Below, piece by piece: positions 61,765-64,000 of a stretch of DNA of 64,000 bases. Numbering within the stretch: position 1 is the first letter of the stretch; every line of letters starts with the position of its first letter. The notes beneath the pieces were generated by a model that saw nothing but the letters and a program-made list of their open reading frames with translations, ran no database searches and was not told the DNA's origin. The position numbers and the translations under genes were made by a program. Origin of the DNA: Octopus bimaculoides (taxonomy: Eukaryota). The stretch lies in NCBI RefSeq assembly GCF_001194135.2, contig NC_068984.1, positions 42,114,701 through 42,178,700 of the forward strand. The letters are read 5' to 3'.

Positions 61765-64000
61765 ATTTATCTTTCTTTCTCATTCTACTCATTACCAATA
61801 TTAAGTTCATCGTAATACCTTGGCTATTGCCCTTCTCTCTTGCATTCTTCTTGCTTTTCTTTCCATGTCTATCTCGCTTCTTCATTTGGTATGATACCAA
61901 TAGCCAAGACAGCAGGACACTAATCTAAATTCTAAATATCATAGAATTTAGTTCTCTCTCTCTCTCTTTCCTCCTCAGTTTAGTTTCAATGGGATTTACC
62001 CCTTTGATATTGGCGAAATAAGTAACTGTGGTATACTAGAGTGAGTTTATTGACTATAGTTCTTTCTCTGAAACCTTGTACTTAGTTAAAAGAACTCATT
62101 ATGCTCACTATAAATTTACTGTTTCTCTTTTTGTCTACCACCTTTTCCTTCTCTCCCACTTAATTCCACTAGCTCCTCTTTCTCAGTCTTTGTCCTTTGC
62201 CTCTCTGTATGTCTCTTATTCTCTTTCTTTCTTAATTTCTCTCTCTCTCTCTCTCTTAACTCTGTTGGTTTTCTATGTGGTCAAGCAGTTTCTTTGAAAT
62301 AGCTTCTCAAAACAAATCTAGTTGTCTTAAAAATAGGGTGATAACCACCCCTCCTCCCAAGTATCACCTCCTTCTACCTATTCACCATCCTATGTACTAG
62401 ATACATAGGACAATGCAGTCTCAAATATGAGCATATTATGTGTAATGGTCAGATCTGCTTAATCAGACATTTTCCTCCTTGTCCCTACCTCTGTCTATCT
62501 GTCTGCCTCTCTCTCTCTCTCTCTCTACCCCTTGGTCTATTTTCCTGTGATTTTCTTTTTGTTATTTTCATTCTGATACCTTCCGTTCTTTTTAGCCTCC
62601 TTCTCTCTTAGCATCTCTCCTTCCTCATACCCCCCCCCCTACTAATCATGTCTCATCAAATCTCCCATCATGTTCAACTGGTATGGTTTATATACCTAAC
62701 CGAATTCAAATAAATGATAAAACAAATGCACAGCAAAATCAAAATCAAAATCAAAATAGGGTGGTGGGATAAGTTAGGGCACTGTGAAGGTTTAATGTTT
62801 CAAGGCTCTCCAGGTGAGAATAGTTTCATTTTCCTTCATTTGAAGGCTATACCCAATTTACAGAAGATAACTTTTCTTCCCTATAACCTATTATTATTTA
62901 CTTGTACTAACAGGTTTCTCTCACAGACTAATAAGGAAACCTTTAAACAGTTGCTCAACCTGTTAGAAATAGCAGATAAATTTCTTTTAAATCAAACCCT
63001 ACTTTTAAAAAGTCAGTACATATTTGAAAATGTGATTATAGATATAATGCAAAAATGGATTGGCTGTGGCTGGAATGCCTTTGATCATAGATCTGTTCTT
63101 TCAGAGCCAATCTGGGGCTAAACTACAAACAGCAGTTTTGCAAATTGAGCTTGCTCTTTTTGTTGAGCCTGTGTCTCAGCTGCTGACTAACTGTTATTTG
63201 TCTGAGCGTGTTCAGTCCCACTGAGTGACAACTTGGGAAACCAAAGCCTTGTGAGTGGATTTGGTAGATGGAAGCTGAAATAAGACCATTATGTATATCA
63301 TCATCATGTTCCATACTGGATTTTATATATGTGTATACATATATACATAGTCATCTAAGAATCCCTAAGTTGGAAAGAAAGTGCTCATGTATATTTGTTA
63401 ATAGAGTGGGTACATTAATCCAAGTATACAGTATTATAGATTCATTTCAGTTAATCTTACCAATTGGTTTGCACTGGGTATCAGATAACTGATTATTAGA
63501 TTGAATGGTTAAGTAGCATCACATGCTCTTCAGAGAAAGCAGTGCATACTTTTTCAACTGATGGATTCTTAGTTGACTAACACATTCCCTCATATTGCAG
63601 CGTATATTGCAATAGACCACCCACAACTTGTGCCTTATAGATGCTATCCCTGGATGTGCACACCACATAGTCATCAAAGACTCTCCACAGCCACATTTTA
63701 TACATCTTTTTACCACATATCTGTCATCTCTGAGGAGCATGTGGTGTTACTTAACCACACTGTTATTTAATATCCAGTGTGAAACTGATTGGTAAGATTG
63801 GCCGAAATGGATATATAACACTTTACTTGGATTGATGTATATGTATGGATGTATGCATATGAATGCATGTATGTCTGTTTACATCTGCTATGTCTTGTGC
63901 GAAAGTGATGTTAGATTCTCCTATCAACAAATTGTCCAGACAGTTTGTGCCTTAGAAATTGTGGAATAAGTTTTCTTTTACTTGAGGTGAGGGCAATATG

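Noticed and set aside
62709-62714. AATAAA as the gephyrin polyadenylation signal
   Set aside because: A single hexamer in AT-rich, repeat-adjacent DNA 1.7 kb after the stop; not distinguishable from chance without 3' end reads.

Overview
AT-rich, microsatellite-dense eukaryotic DNA. Its SINE/LINE repertoire resembles that of octopus (inferred from recalled repeat families, not a database search). The window holds the 3' part of one intron-rich gene on the + strand: gephyrin (GPHN, molybdenum cofactor biosynthesis), specifically the complete MoeA-like E domain in 10 GT-AG exons (18722-61022). Exon phases join without frameshift into about 440 codons ending in TAA, and the MoeA motifs ([44 protein letters not shown]) are intact. 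The six-frame ORF track shows only two of these exons; I assembled the rest by hand. No MogA-like G-domain exon was found. A phase-compatible candidate linker exon lies at 12943-13066. The rest is intron: an internally deleted Ty3/Gypsy element with both LTRs, PBS and PPT; RTE, BovB-like, Tx1 and CR1/L2-type LINE fragments; a hAT transposase relic; hAT and TTAA MITEs; at least four tRNA-derived SINE families (two tandem arrays); a tRNA-His pseudogene; micro- and minisatellites; and two N gaps. I found no clearly new biological system. The best leads are the diverged receptor-binding pocket of this gephyrin, the candidate linker exon(s), and a small insert made almost entirely of hairpins inside the Gypsy integrase. 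Repeat boundaries are approximate unless termini or TSDs are quoted.
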